From Octopus sinensis (taxonomy: Eukaryota): DNA of 64,000 nt. How positions within the stretch are numbered: position 1 is the first letter of the stretch; the number at the start of each line of letters is the position of its first letter. The notes beneath the pieces were generated by a model, which saw nothing but the letters and a program-made list of their open reading frames with translations, ran no database searches and was not told the origin of the DNA. The position numbers and the translations under genes are program-made. Positions 1-13,162 of this stretch are shown here, in pieces. The DNA is taken from positions 118,172,001-118,236,000 of the forward strand of contig NC_042997.1 in NCBI RefSeq assembly GCF_006345805.1, in the 5' to 3' direction.

Positions 1-1247
1 TTGAAACTTTACCCCAGTGATCTAATTTTCGGAGAGCATGAGCTATCATTTTAAATCTTTCTTAGACACATAAAGTATGCAGCGGTATATTTATGATTTC
101 AAACATTTTTCAGTTATTCCTAGCTGGGTGTCTCTTATAAAGTTCACTCCACGGCATATATTCAGGTCAGGGTTTCTGTTTCAAGATGAAATGCATCCTA
201 CTGTAACAGCCCATTATTTTACTCGCCACTTTCCGGCTCCAGAGACACTAAAAGATGTTATGGGTTCTGTCTTTTTCTCATCTTACTGAGGACATAAGCA
301 TTTTCACCAAGAAGAAAAGAACTACAAAATTAGTCCAATGAAATCAGTGATCACGTGTGCATCACATGATTGAAGCATCAAAATCCACTTCTCTCTGGCA
401 CACATGAACTACTTGATCCTCATTAAAAAGTTTATCCAACATATTGTTTAATGGAATGAGGAAGAGCAGAGAATGTTTTAGAGAGGAAGACGAAAATGTT
501 TAATAACATTTAATTGAAGGCTTGAGTTCCCTTTTGCGTATCCAAATCAAATCAGTTTGCTCGAGACAAACCTTGCTACATCTCCGAGACCCGGAGTATT
601 ACCTAAAATCGCAGGTGCAAAGAGAAAGAAAATACAAAAGGCATCGTTCAGAAACGGAATGGATAATTTTTTTCACTGAATCGACACTATGGCACCAAAA
701 TAGGACGGAAGAAATGGCGCTAAGCATTTTGACCGGCATACTAACCATTCTTCCAGCCCGTCGCCTTTCTCTATGGCACTAATATGAGACATATCGTATT
801 GTTCATGTGAACACTTGAACCTACAAGAAATAATAATCAAGTCTCGCTCAAATCAAATTTAAAATCTCAAAAAGAGGACACCTATATAAAAGGATACACT
901 GTACATTGTATTCAACAGGAAGAAAAGAAACTGAGTGATCATGGCTCAAATGACTATTGATCATAGGTCAGCATGCTTAATCAAAACAAACCGAGGGCTA
1001 AATAACAGCAACTGTTGATAAATAATGAGTGATATGTAATATAGGTTAGAGAGAAAAATTAAAGACGAACTTGTTTCTGTATGAAGTATAAGTGGAATTT
1101 TTAATGTCAACATAAAATGGGAGATTATTTCTGACCGCCCCCACCGCCACAAAAAAGGACAGGAATAAAAATTAAAACGACTTTTATTTAAAATTGAGAG
1201 CGAAGCTTGTCGCATACAGTTTTCATTATTCAAGTTGTTTATGAAAG

Positions 1248-1712
1248 CGGCGAGGTGGCAGAATCGTTAGTGCGCTGGACGGAATGCTTAGTGGTATTTC
1301 GTCTGCCGCTACGTTCTGAGTTCAAATTCCGCCGGGGTCGACTTTGCCTTTAATCCTTTCGGGGTCGATAAATCAAGTACCAGTTACGCACTGGCGTCGA
1401 TGTAATCGACTTAATCCGTTTGTCTGTCCTTGTTTGTCCCCTCTATGTTTAGCCCCTTGTTGGCAATAAAGAAATAGATATAATCGACTTAATCCGTCCT
1501 TGTTTGTTCTCTGTGTTTAGTCCCTTGTGGGTAGTAAAGAAATAGGTATTTCGCCCGTCGCTACGTTCTGAGTTCAAATTCCGCGGAGTTAGACTACCTT
1601 TCGTGGGGTGGGGGCGATAAATTAAAAATCAGTCAAATACTGGGGTCGATGTAATCGACTATCCCCTTCCCCACACATTTCAGGCCTTGTACTTTGAGTA
1701 GAAAGGATTATT
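1248..1712 (+). mobile_element. tRNA-headed SINE family A, composite dimer
   Basis: A/B boxes, central gactttgcctttcatcctttcggggtcgataaattaagtaccag domain (Meta/Sauria-SINE-like by recall), and a second 5'-truncated unit. Confidence 0.85.
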
Positions 1713-4700
1713 TAAGTTGTTTATATTCTTATTATTTCTTTGTAACTCAACACAAAAATAAGGTGGTTTCTTACTTTTTTTTATATTGTTTTGTTTCACC
1801 TTAAGTACACATGATCAAAAGCAATTCCATTGAAATTACTTATAGAAATGTGAGGCGTGTTTCTTGTTAGAGAAACGGAGAAATAGCTTCACTGTGGTAA
1901 ATATATACATACAGAAAACGGCACGTGTACCAGATAGTAACAAAGAGACAGTTAAAGGAAGATTATAAAGGGAGGCTTAACAAGCCTTGCAAACGAGATA
2001 AAAGACAAAGAATTTAATCCCAACAGATTTAGTTCTTTCAGAGAAAACCCAATAATTCAATAATTTATCTTTTCTTTATTCAAAAGAGAACAATCTGTTT
2101 TTTTTTTAAATGGAAACAAATTTAAACAGAAGATTTATTCTTTTCATCCGATATTTCAACATTTACTCTCTTTCATATCACATTTTTAATTCTTAGAATC
2201 GTTGTTTTAAGAAAGCTGTTCTCAAACAGGATTGAATTAACCGAATGGTAGTATGAGTTTACATGACAATAAATAGTAAATATATAATTTCACCTAGAAA
2301 TTAAGTATCAATTCCGCAATATACTATTTTCTATAAGTAGGGGAGACTTTAAAAAAGACGTAAGTATAGATCCTTGGGAGATAGATGTAGGATGGTTTTG
2401 ATAATGACTTCTGATTTAGGTATAGAACAGCGAATTTGAAGGAAGTACCTCCACACTACTTGCCTTGTACTTTATCTTATCAACCCTGAAAGGATGAGGG
2501 GAGAAGTTCACGCCGGTGGGATCTGAGTGTAAAACTCCCGAACAAAGAGAGAAAAGCATTTATTTCAACACTAAGCATTTTGCCTGCTTACCACCTCTTC
2601 TTTAATATTCTATAATACGATCATTACGTATTTTAATGACTTCGCAATTCTGTTCCCTTGTCACTCATTAATATTATGCTCTGTACTCACCTAACGTTTT
2701 ATTCGAAAGGGTATGTATACTAAGTTCTAACTAGTGGTTATTAGCATTACTACACCCAAAAGAAACCATAAAATAATACGGTCATATAAATATCATTCAA
2801 AATTTATCAATCATCAATTTATCAATCATAAAACTATAACAGTTCAACTATATTATCCCATAAACATTAGTTCTGAAAAAAGTAAAAAAAAAAAAATTAC
2901 GACAAATTTTGCGTTCCATTGTTAAATGTTTATCATAAAATTCAAATTTATGAGAAATTTCGTCTTCACACTTAAGTTCCTTGAGTAAATAACAAACATT
3001 ATTATATATCATTTATCATTTCATTTATTTTTTAATTTGTTCAGTCATTGGACTGCGGCCATGCTGGGGTACCGCGTTGAAGGGTTTTAGTCGCACAGGT
3101 CGACTCCCGTACTTACGAAACCCGGCACTTATTCTATCGCCCTCTTTTCATCGAACAGCTATTGTTATTAACTGCACACCCATAACCGTATAATAATCAG
3201 ATCATATTGTTAGATATTTTAAAACATAGATATTTTCGTTTTGCTGTGAGAGCCGATGTATACATAACAAGATATGACGTACAAAGAAAACGTGACTAAG
3301 TTTGGTGTTTGTAAAGTACACAAAGTTATCTACTTTATTACTCTGTATTTTTACCTTTTTATGTTTTTGCTTAGAGGAGAGGAAACCAAAATTTTGATTA
3401 TATATATTTACTAGAACTGAAAAATGCGTACGCTCAAAAGGGTCACAGAATGTCATAATAAACCTTAAAAAGTATGGCATTGTTGTTCAAAAATGTTGGA
3501 ATCACTCTATGTTGTGCATTCTGTGGCATCTTAAAACGAAAAGAGACTCATATGTGAATTACGATGTCACGATGATTATTAAACCGAGTTCTTAATATAA
3601 AATTTGAAAATTTACAAAAGAAGATCTTTAGTTTCGAAAAAGTAAATTCATTATAATACACTTCATACAAAAATATATAAAAATATTTCATACTGCATGA
3701 AAATTACCATGATAATAATAAAAAAAGAAAACTGAATTTATGATGAAGTCGAATCTATATAACATCGAAAGTACGAAACCGAAATAATTATAAGCAAAGA
3801 TAATTCGCATTACGATACACATCAATGGAAAAGTTGTGCGAATTGAACAAATTATTGCTAAATTATTTTTTATTGTTTAATTGTAAATTTATAAAAATTA
3901 TCATTCATAGATTGACTTATTGCGTAAAGATGACATTAGTATTTGTACACAATTGAATATACGATAATTTAACTTAATTTTTAATGTAAGTTAATTTCGA
4001 TGAACTAAACAAATTTTTTGTGATAAAAGGATGCCACAGAATGTACAACATATAGTGATTCCAATATTCTTGAGCAGCAATGCTAGTCCCATACTTTATG
4101 ACATTCTGTAACCCTTTGGAGCATTCGCATTTATCAATTCTAGTTTCGTACTTTTTAAGGCGACGCTTGTAATATTTTATATATGTACTGTATTTCTCCT
4201 AATGGTGTGGCAGCCTCTAATAAACTGACACCCAAACGCCAACCAATTGTGACTGTCACAAAATTTAAAATGTAGAATAAAATCGATAGTAATTGTTGTA
4301 TTAGTTTATTATCATACGGAGATATACTGGACAGTAGTTAGTATATTATAAGCTGTACTATAGAGAAATGTATTTTAAAAACTATTAATAATATAAACTT
4401 TTAGAAAGTCATCAACAAAATCTAAAATGACATACGTGGAACGAAGAGAAGACGAAAATGAATAAGACAAGATTCTCGAAGACAGCTGTATGCCAAACTA
4501 TCGCTCATTGGTTGATGATGATTGAAAATTAACTAATAAAATGCGATCACCACACAAACGGCCACGGCCCCTTAAATTTTTATTCGCAACCCAGGCATAT
4601 ATATATATATAGTCAACCGACGACATCGAGAGAATCTCAGTATAGAAACCACTTTGTAACGCTCAAATGATTTGAACTTACACTCCGATATCTACACTGA

Positions 4701-4990
4701 CGACCGAGTCAACAGAGTAATGAGTGGCTATAAGGGTAAGTTCAAGCGATCAGGTATGGGCACAATGATTCAAACAAACAGATCAAGCCTTGGGTTTTAT
4801 ATACAAGATATATATATATGTATACATGTTAGACACTTATCTATCCACCCTGATGAACGAAGCTCTGACATTTACCGATGTTTGTATGTTTACATTATCG
4901 GGTTTAAATTTTTCATCAACTACATCTGCCAACATTATGAAGTAACTCTGAGCCCTCAGAAACAGCTGTCGGACTTGTAACGCATTTTCC

Positions 4991-5195
4991 CTCTTTGAGT
5001 CTATGTCATCTGAGTAAATTTGCCAGATGCTGAAAGCCAGAGCCACCTGCACCAATAGCACAGCCCCTACCCACTTCTGCCCCACCTGTGGGAGGGGCTT
5101 TCTTGCCCGGATTGGCCTCACCAGCCACCTCCGGTCTCATAGCAGCAATTCCACCAAATGATGTCAATGGTCATCTTCGAACCCGAAGGACGAAC
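4991..5195 (+). mobile_element. RTE-BovB-like LINE, 3' end
   Basis: Frame reads LKARATCTNSTAPTHFCPTCGRGFLARIGLTSHLRSH*, the terminal C2H2 motif of RTE ORFs. Followed by atggtcatcttcgaacccgaaggacgaac and a simple-repeat tail. Confidence 0.85.
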
Positions 5196-5219
5196 ATTAC
5201 ATTATTATTATATAGATGT

Positions 5220-5272
<53 letters not shown>

Positions 5273-5341
5273 ACATTAAAAACTGAAGGTTTTATCTGTT
5301 TATTTGAATTATTTGTGTGTGCGTATATATGTATGCATGTA

Positions 5342-5391
<50 letters not shown>

Positions 5392-5541
5392 AAAATAGTA
5401 AAGTGTGAAAAAACGACAGAAGGCTTAAATGTTAAAAAATATATATATTTGTGTCAAAATGTCTGGAGAATATTGGAAAAATTTTTTTCTTCTTTTTTTT
5501 TTTTTCCCCTTCCTTAAAATGACATAATTTTTAAATTTTTA

Positions 5542-5581
5542 AAGAAATTACCGGTTTCGCGTGTAGCTTTTCAAATTTCTT
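5542..5581 (-). ncRNA. Identical hammerhead copy in the inverted pseudo-LTR
   Basis: Exact reverse complement of 6492-6531. Confidence 0.75.
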
Positions 5582-5853
5582 GTGACGTTATGTTTATATT
5601 GCATGGAGTTATCGTTGTTTTTATTTCCAGGAGATTTCTAAATAAGGGGATTTAGTGATTTCTTCCGGTGTAAGGGAGATAATCGCTTAAAATTTTTTTT
5701 TCCCTTTTCCTTGTTAATTTCTCTGTGTCAGTATGTTCGGATGGTTGAGTCTGGGTTTGTACTTTTCAATGAAGAATGTTTCCTTGTTCAGTCTCATTTG
5801 TGTTGATGATCCGAAAGCACATTGGTAAAATGGGAAGATTAAAAATTGTGGCA

Positions 5854-6355
5854 AAGCTACAAACAGCCTAAATCACTTAAAAAGATTCTCACAAAGGCAA
5901 AATTGTCTTCTAAAATTACGGATGCAAAAGTAAAAAAATGTGGTAGATCGAACTGTGCAACATGTCCTAACCTATTGGAAGGATCAGAATTCTTCTTTAA
6001 AGAGGGACAGAAATTTAAGATCAAATCTAACTTTACTTGTGCCTCTGAAAACATAATTTATGTTATTAAATGCTCGGGCTGCCACCAAGACTACGTGGGT
6101 TCCACGGGACTATCACTCAGGCGTAGATGCACACTGCATCGACAACAGATTGCATTCCCAGAATATAGAATGATACCTTTTAGTGAGCACATTGAGAAAT
6201 GCGCAAAGCAACTACTGCCACAATTTTTAATCTTCCCATTTTACCAATGTGCTTTCGGATCATCAACACAAATGAGACTGAACAAGGAAACATTCTTCAT
6301 TGAAAAGTACAAACCCAGACTCAACCATCCGAACATACTGACACAGAGAAATTAA
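5854..6355 (+). CDS. GIY-YIG endonuclease domain of the Penelope-like polyprotein (no RT, no true start)
   Basis: Stop-free frame with KCGRSNCATC, ENIIYVIKCSGCHQDYVGST, LRRRCTLHRQQI and RLNKETFFIEKYKPRLN. The track start at 5846 lies in the inverted arm. Confidence 0.9.
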
Positions 6356-6491
6356 CAAGGAAAAGGGAAAGAAAAATTTTTAAGCGATTATCTCCCTTAC
6401 ACCGGAAGAAATCACTCACTACCTCCCCTTATTTAGAAATCTCCTGGAAAAAAAACAACGATAACTCCATGCAATATAAACATAACGCCAC

Positions 6492-6531
6492 AAGAAATTT
6501 GAAAAGCTACACGCGAAACCGGTAATTTCTT
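6492..6531 (+). ncRNA. Minimal type I hammerhead ribozyme, U3:A8 variant
   Basis: AAGAAAU-UUGAAAA-GC-UACAC-GC-GAAA-CCGG-UA^AUUUCUU: perfect 7-bp stem I, 2-bp stem II, palindromic ACCGGU stem III. Confidence 0.75.
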
Positions 6532-6710
6532 TAAAAATTTAAAAATTGTCATTTTAAGGAAGGGAAAAAAAAAAAAATTTTCCAATATTCTCCAGACATT
6601 TTGACACAAATATATATATTTTTTAACATTTAAGCCTTCTGTCGTTTTTTCACACTTTACTATTTTCTTATATATTCACCCACGTGCTTTACCAAACAAA
6701 CTTTCTTATC

Positions 6711-6773
<63 letters not shown>

Positions 6774-6779
6774 TATATA

Positions 6780-7073
6780 GATATGTCAGTCATTAAATAA
6801 GTGCTTCCCCGTAGCTAAGAGTTGTTCTGACTCTTATTTCTAGCAATGCTGATGCAAACTAACGTCCTCAGTTATCGTAGTGACGTCTATGCTTGTGTAT
6901 TTTGGTTGTAACTTGCGAATAAGTCACCTTAACTGCAAAGATAATCTGGAACTCGACTGACAAAAGAAAACTCCGAATGATCCATCCTTGTTTTTTCTTG
7001 TCCCTAAATGTATCATCTAACTATCTGGATGTCTTGTTGTCGCCTGTTGCGTTCTTGTCCCATTTTTTGTATT

Positions 7074-7080
<7 letters not shown>
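6780..7080 (+). mobile_element. Probable Penelope-like 3' remnant with decayed hammerhead motif
   Basis: CTGACAA-AAG-AAAACT-CC-GAA at 6957-6977, followed by a T-rich tail. Weak, recalled similarity only. Confidence 0.4.
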
Positions 7081-7108
<28 letters not shown>

Positions 7109-7428
7109 GGTTAGAGCGTCGAGCTTACGATCGTGAGGTTGTGAGCTCGAATCCCGGACCGGGTTGCGTGTTGTGTTCTCGAGCAAGGCACTTTATTTCA
7201 CGTTGCTCCAGTTCACTCAGCTGTAGAAATGAGCAGCGACGTCACTGGTGCCAAGCTGTATCGACCTTTGTCTTTCCCTTGGATAACACTGGTGGCGTGG
7301 AGAGGGGAGGCTGGTATGCATGGGCGACTGCTGGCCTTCCATAAACAACCTTGCCCGGACTTGTGTCTAGGAGGATAACTTTCTAGGTGCAATCCCATGG
7401 TCATTCATGACCGAAGGGGGTCTTTACC

Positions 7429-7432
<4 letters not shown>
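7109..7432 (+). mobile_element. tRNA-headed CORE-type SINE (family D); another copy at about 37570-37862
   Basis: A/B-box head with an ACG-containing loop (gcttacgatc), CORE-like gtgttctcgagcaaggcacttt; body matches 37570-37862. Confidence 0.75.
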
Positions 7433-7478
<46 letters not shown>

Positions 7479-8788
7479 CGAGATAGATATATAGATAGAT
7501 AATTGTATAAACCCTAAAATTAAGAGTAGATAAACATATTTACTTCTGAATGTGTGTGTGTTTTCTTGTAACACCACAACAACGATGCACTTTTCTTTTA
7601 GTCATTCTCCATTCCCGTTTCTAACTTATTGTTGTTCTTTGTCCAACGACGATGACGACGACAACAATAACAACAACAACAAAGATGATGATGATGATGA
7701 TGATAATGATTCTTTTGTTTTTGTTATTTGATTCATCACGTTATGACAATTTTTTGTTTATCAACTTCAGACAAAATCAATAACACAGTTATCGTTCTGA
7801 CGTGTGACAGACAACACATAGTATAACACACAAACTCACACATTCTATACAAATTATTTCAAACCTTTGCTTTCATTTCACTTCACTCGCCTAATTTCTT
7901 TTCTGTCCTTTTATTGTTGTCGCTTTCTCGATTTTTTTTTTATTAATAAATAATTAATTTTCTTTGAATATTGAGGATTATTTTCTACGGAAAAAAAAAT
8001 CATTAAATTATAATAGTTTTTATATGAAATTAATGATTTCTTAATTTTATTGATATAAATAAACCAATTAATGATTTTTATCATTAATCGAATTCCAATA
8101 ATTATTGGGTATATTTTGTGTGTAAAAAAGTAAAACTTCCCCCACTTGAGAGCTCTGTCAAACTCTAATATATAAACATAACAGCAGACACATACAAACA
8201 CACACACACACACATACACACAAACACACACACGCACAAACACACACACATACAAATACACAAGCACAATTATATACAATAGTACATAATATATAACCAT
8301 TATTATACATTTACAAAAATTTATTTAAAGTAAAAGAGATGTTTGAAAACATTTAGTCGAGATAAAATATACAATCTCTTTATGTGTCTTTTAGAAATTA
8401 AATTCGAAGACATTAAAAATATACATTAAAATCTCATTTACATTTTGATTTATCTAATATTATTTTACTAAACTATATATAGTTAATAATAAATATTTAA
8501 TAAAATTAAAGCTTTAGATGACAGCAAAGTAAACTGTAAATAGTAGTAGAAGAATACCGAGTTTGGCAAAATAAATGGGAAGTTTTGATTACTAAGATAG
8601 AAAAATAGGGGGTTAAAATCCTCAGCGTTTGTATTTCTAAATAATTCAGAAGATATAAATTCTATAGGTATATCTAATACCCCCCGATTATTCTTTGTTC
8701 CTTTCTTGTTTTATTTGCTAACATTACACTTACGTATACACTCCTAATTAATGCACGTAGATACGTGTGTGTTTGTATATTTGGCTAC

Positions 8789-8825
<37 letters not shown>

Positions 8826-8849
8826 ACTCAAAACGTACATATCCATATT

Positions 8850-10151
8850 CATATGTACAAATATGGGTTGGAGTTGCTTGTTGAAGATGGCGTCGAAAAA
8901 CATCATTCTTTGCTCTGCTCAAAAGTTCTTGAGAATGCCTCATTGAAATCCTCAAGAGTAAAACAGCCCCTGGAAGTAGCATGTCCTCTTAATGCATTTG
9001 ATGATCACAACACATTTAAGACAAAGACAAATTAATCGAGGACAATAAGGACACTGACCAAACAGGGCTTTTTAGCACAGTATATGACAAAGACCAAGAA
9101 AACCGCACAATATCGTTGAGAAGTTCCTTAGACATAATTGAACAAGCAAGCAAAACAAAATTTCAGACATCCTTCTTTCTAATGACAGAGTCCAACAAAT
9201 CATTGAAAATGTCTCAAGATCTTTGTCTAAACATCATTGAACTAACCAAATTTAGCTCAGCAAAAAATTTATGATGAACACTGATGTTGCTAAGTTTTCA
9301 TAACTTTGTTGTTATTAGGTGTATATTGGAGAGATATCTGTTAGTCTCTTGAGACCGTGGATCTGCACCTGGAAATTTTGGTTTTGGTTTTGCTAGCAGA
9401 AAAAGCATCTGCTGTGTCTGTAGATACCTAAGTGTGAGCGGCAATCCCGGCTCTAGTGACTAAAATTTGAAGGCACTGTCCAGTCGTTCTGTCTTTTTAA
9501 ATCTTTTTTGTCGTATTTGCATGTTTTCAAAAGTATTACTCAGACTCTCTTGTCGTCTTTTAAAAATCCATATTTATTTCAGTTTCTATCGGGAGAGATG
9601 ATCAGAAATGTCTTCCCACTTATAAACATTCATATAAAAAGACTTCATGTTTGGAAGACCAAACAACTTTGAAATAAAGATGGGTGTCGTCTTCGTGCTT
9701 GTGTTCCCTTGTGGGAGACCATTTTACCTATAGCAGATCTGGTACATATGTAGTGAAAAACTGAAGCGAGAATTTTTCCTATGAAATTCCCCTGCAATGC
9801 ACAAAAGGTGCTGACATCATTTAGAACATAAAAAGATACCCATGACAAAGAACAACCCCACATAGAGCGCAGCAGAGTTCAGTTTGTATTGATAAGTTCA
9901 CAGCCATAATCGGTATCAGAACAAGCTTCAGTCTACTTGTGAAACAAAATGCCCGCTACATGAACCATGAAAGCATCATATCCTTCTTCAAAGACACGCA
10001 CCAGCTACGTAAATATCTGTTTATGGTACTTTTCCAATATATATTCTCCTATTAAGCAAATCCACAAAAAGAGAGAGTATTGCGGAAAAAGTTGGATTCA
10101 TTGGCACGAGAAGTCCAACAAAGAAATCTGAAATATGTCCAAGAGGTTAGT

Positions 10152-10244
<93 letters not shown>

Positions 10245-10263
10245 AGTGAGAGAGAGAGAGATT

Positions 10264-10303
<40 letters not shown>

Positions 10304-10660
10304 ATAGGCGCGTTACCTAAAATAAATGAAGATATTACAGTAGGTATTTAATATCGAGAATCTCCAGTTCACTGGTTTGTTTCCAGAAGACTTCATACTT
10401 GCAGAAAATTGTTGGATATTACGAATGATTGTCAGAAATAAAATCTGACAACCCGGTGAAAGACGATCAGATTGCGACGTTTACCCCACTGCTAGTCTTA
10501 AGGATGAATTTCATAGAGTTGGCGTGAATTTCTGAATGAAATTCTCATATTTATTCTCTCAGTGAACCTTGAAATTATTTGTTTCCATTGAATCTACACA
10601 TTTCAGAGAAACAGGTTTCCCTACTTTGGCAGCGATGAAGATGAAGTTAAGGAGCCATAA
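8850..10660 (+). mobile_element. Decayed hAT (Charlie/Buster-type) transposase relic, split by a (GA)n tract
   Basis: Colinear motifs in broken frames: KYG...LCSKVLENASLKSSR, ILLSNDRVQQIIENVS, NTDVAK, VCIDKFTAIIGIRTSFSLLVKQ, STHFRETGFPTLAAMKMKLR. Confidence 0.7.
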
Positions 10661-12255
10661 AAAATTGCATCATCGTCGTCGTGGTCGCCGTCGTTACCGT
10701 CGTGGTCGCCGCCGTCGTCGTCGTCATCATCATCATCATCATCATCATCAACGACAACCTCTGGACATTACGGTCCCGAGTTTTAGAATTCATAGGGCCG
10801 ATTACCTGGTTTCCATGACCGGGATGGCAACATTTTCCCTGAACGTGGCGCCAGTCCTTGACAGAGTTACTCATTTAGCTTTGTGAACTGGAGCGACGTG
10901 TAATAAAGTGATTTTCTGAAGAACACAACGTACCGCCCGGTCCGAGGATCGAAACCACGGTCTTTCAATCGTGAATGCAACTCTCTAATTACGAAGTAAG
11001 GTACTTTCACTATTTTGTGTTTGATGTAAAAAAAAAAAAATAATAAAGTAGTTTTACTTTTATGTGTATTCTCTCATTTAACTTTTGTTCATTTTCATTG
11101 TTGTATTATATTTCTTTGATAAATAAAATTCATTTTATCTTTTATTCTATATTTAATTTTCATTGTAGTATAATAATAATTCTTTGATAAATACATTTAT
11201 ATTTTGCTTTGATACATTTTTTTACATCTTTATTTTCTTTTAACAAAGTTTTTGAGCAAAGCTTTATTCAGAAAGTTGCTTCAGCTTTTACTAAGTATCT
11301 CATTTGACTTTGTATTCTTATTTTCGAGAGTAAGGGAGTATATAGCCAATTTCGCCCCTTGGAGTAGATAATCGACAGTCGATGGCTTTAGAATTATCCA
11401 GCCGTTAGAATTCCCCAATAGCTAATTCTGTGTCCAACATTCAATTGCATATTTATTTATGCGCCCTTTTCAAGCCTAGCCAGGCTCATGGGCCTGGTTT
11501 CCCGGTTTCTGTGGCCTATGTGTTACCCCCAGCTAGACGGGACGCCAGTCCATCGCAGCGTTACCCAAGAAATAGGAAGAAAGAGGGAGAGAAAGTTGGG
11601 GCGAAAGAGTACAACAGGGGTCACCACCACCCCTGCCGGAGCCTTGTAGAGCTTTAGGTGTTTTCGCTCAATAAGCACACACAACGCCCTGTCTGGGAAT
11701 CGAAACCGCGATCCTCCAACTGCGAGTCCGTTCGCTGCCCTAACCACTGGGCTTCCAATTGCAGATTATAGTTTCAAATTTTAGCTAGTGGGGATGTTAA
11801 TCGATGACACCGTTCTCAGTATTTTGATTGGATACCAATATTTTGTCGAGCACAAAAAGATGGAAGGTAAAAGCGACCTCACTGGAGTGTGAAATCAGAA
11901 CAAACAACTGGGAGAAATGGTGCTAAGCATTTTGTCCGAAGGCGCTGACATTCTGCTGACTAACCGCCATTCAAATTGCATACATTGACTATCACGTGAT
12001 GAACGTTAGAGACGAGACGATTGGGAAATAACTATAATCAAATGAAAAAAAAGGTATAGGAGGAGCGATGCATACCCTGTGTGCAGGTACATTTTCACGT
12101 AAATTATAGTGTGGCTTACAACGCGTTGCTTACCCATGCTTTTTAATTGAAATAAATTAATTATTTCTTTTTTCTGTATCCCCATAAGTATTTCTACTCA
12201 GTGAAATCAAGAAATTAACTTGTAAATAAAAGAAATCCTCGAATCCATTACTGTA

Positions 12256-12293
<38 letters not shown>

Positions 12294-12514
12294 GCTCACA
12301 CATGCACACAGAGAGTTGCATATCTATATATGTATGTATATGTGTGCTCACGCATGTCTACGCACATAGGTTCACCACGATCTATACACACGAAGACGAG
12401 GGTCGATTCATATGAAGAAAAAGTGAACAAAATAATATGACTACTTGCTTATCGGGAAATTTGTAAGTTCGATTTAAAAAAAAACAATTTAAATTAATAA
12501 AACCAAATAATACA

Positions 12515-12744
12515 GTTCTATATTCAAGAGATGAAGAATTATGTACATTATTTACATTATTTACATTCGACAGATGTTTGTCCTCATCTTGTTTGTTGTT
12601 AACACAACGTTTCGGTTGATACACCATCCAGCCTTCCCCAAGACACCTGATGGAGGCTGGAGAGTATTTCAGCCGAATCGTTGTGTTAACAACAAACAAG
12701 ATGAGGACAAATATCCGTCAAATGTAAATAATGTAAATAATGTA
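12515..12744. mobile_element. ORF-less palindromic Penelope-type element with hammerhead motifs, copy 1
   Basis: Arms of about 100 bp fold back. Right arm: ACAC-CTGATGG-A-GGCTG..CAGCC-GAAT-CG-TT-GTGT (12643-12686), with two core positions mutated. Confidence 0.75.
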
Positions 12745-13162
12745 TCGAACCAAATGTTCATCATATGAAGCCCCAGTGTGTATTTCTGCCAAATATAATT
12801 GAAAATCTGTTAAGCCGTTTCCAGTAATTTTGAAAAAAGCAGACAAAGACGAATGATTGCAATACCCTGCCTTCGCTTACGTTCGCAGGCTAATAGGAAG
12901 TGTATGTTTAAATCCTAATTACCATTTGTGTTCAGTAATATATCCTTTCTATTATAGACACGCCGCCTGAAATGTGTGTGGAAGGGGCTAGTCAATATTC
13001 CATTGACCTCAGTATTTAACTGGTACGTCAGCGAACCCGAAAGGATGAGAAGCAAAGTCGACCTCAGCGGAATTTTGAATTCGGAACGATAAGACACGAA
13101 ATGCCGTTAAGCATTTTGTCGAGCGTACTAACGACTCTGACAGCCAGCGAGCAAAGTCGAAA

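Larger units (their letters stand above)
5384..6710 (+). mobile_element. Penelope-like element (Neptune-type), 5'-truncated, with inverted pseudo-LTR
   Basis: 5384-5853 is the near-perfect reverse complement of 6216-6674. The right copy extends about 36 nt further (6675-6710). GIY-YIG ORF between and within the arms; both ends sit in (TA)n. Confidence 0.9.

Noticed and set aside
1-520. Possible piggyBac transposase relic on the minus strand (QREVDFDASIM)
   Set aside because: One weak motif in a stop-ridden frame; no further colinear motifs found.
10569-10886. Arg/His-rich 105-aa ORF
   Set aside because: hAT C-terminal relic, then a (CGT/CAT)n tail, then a SINE.
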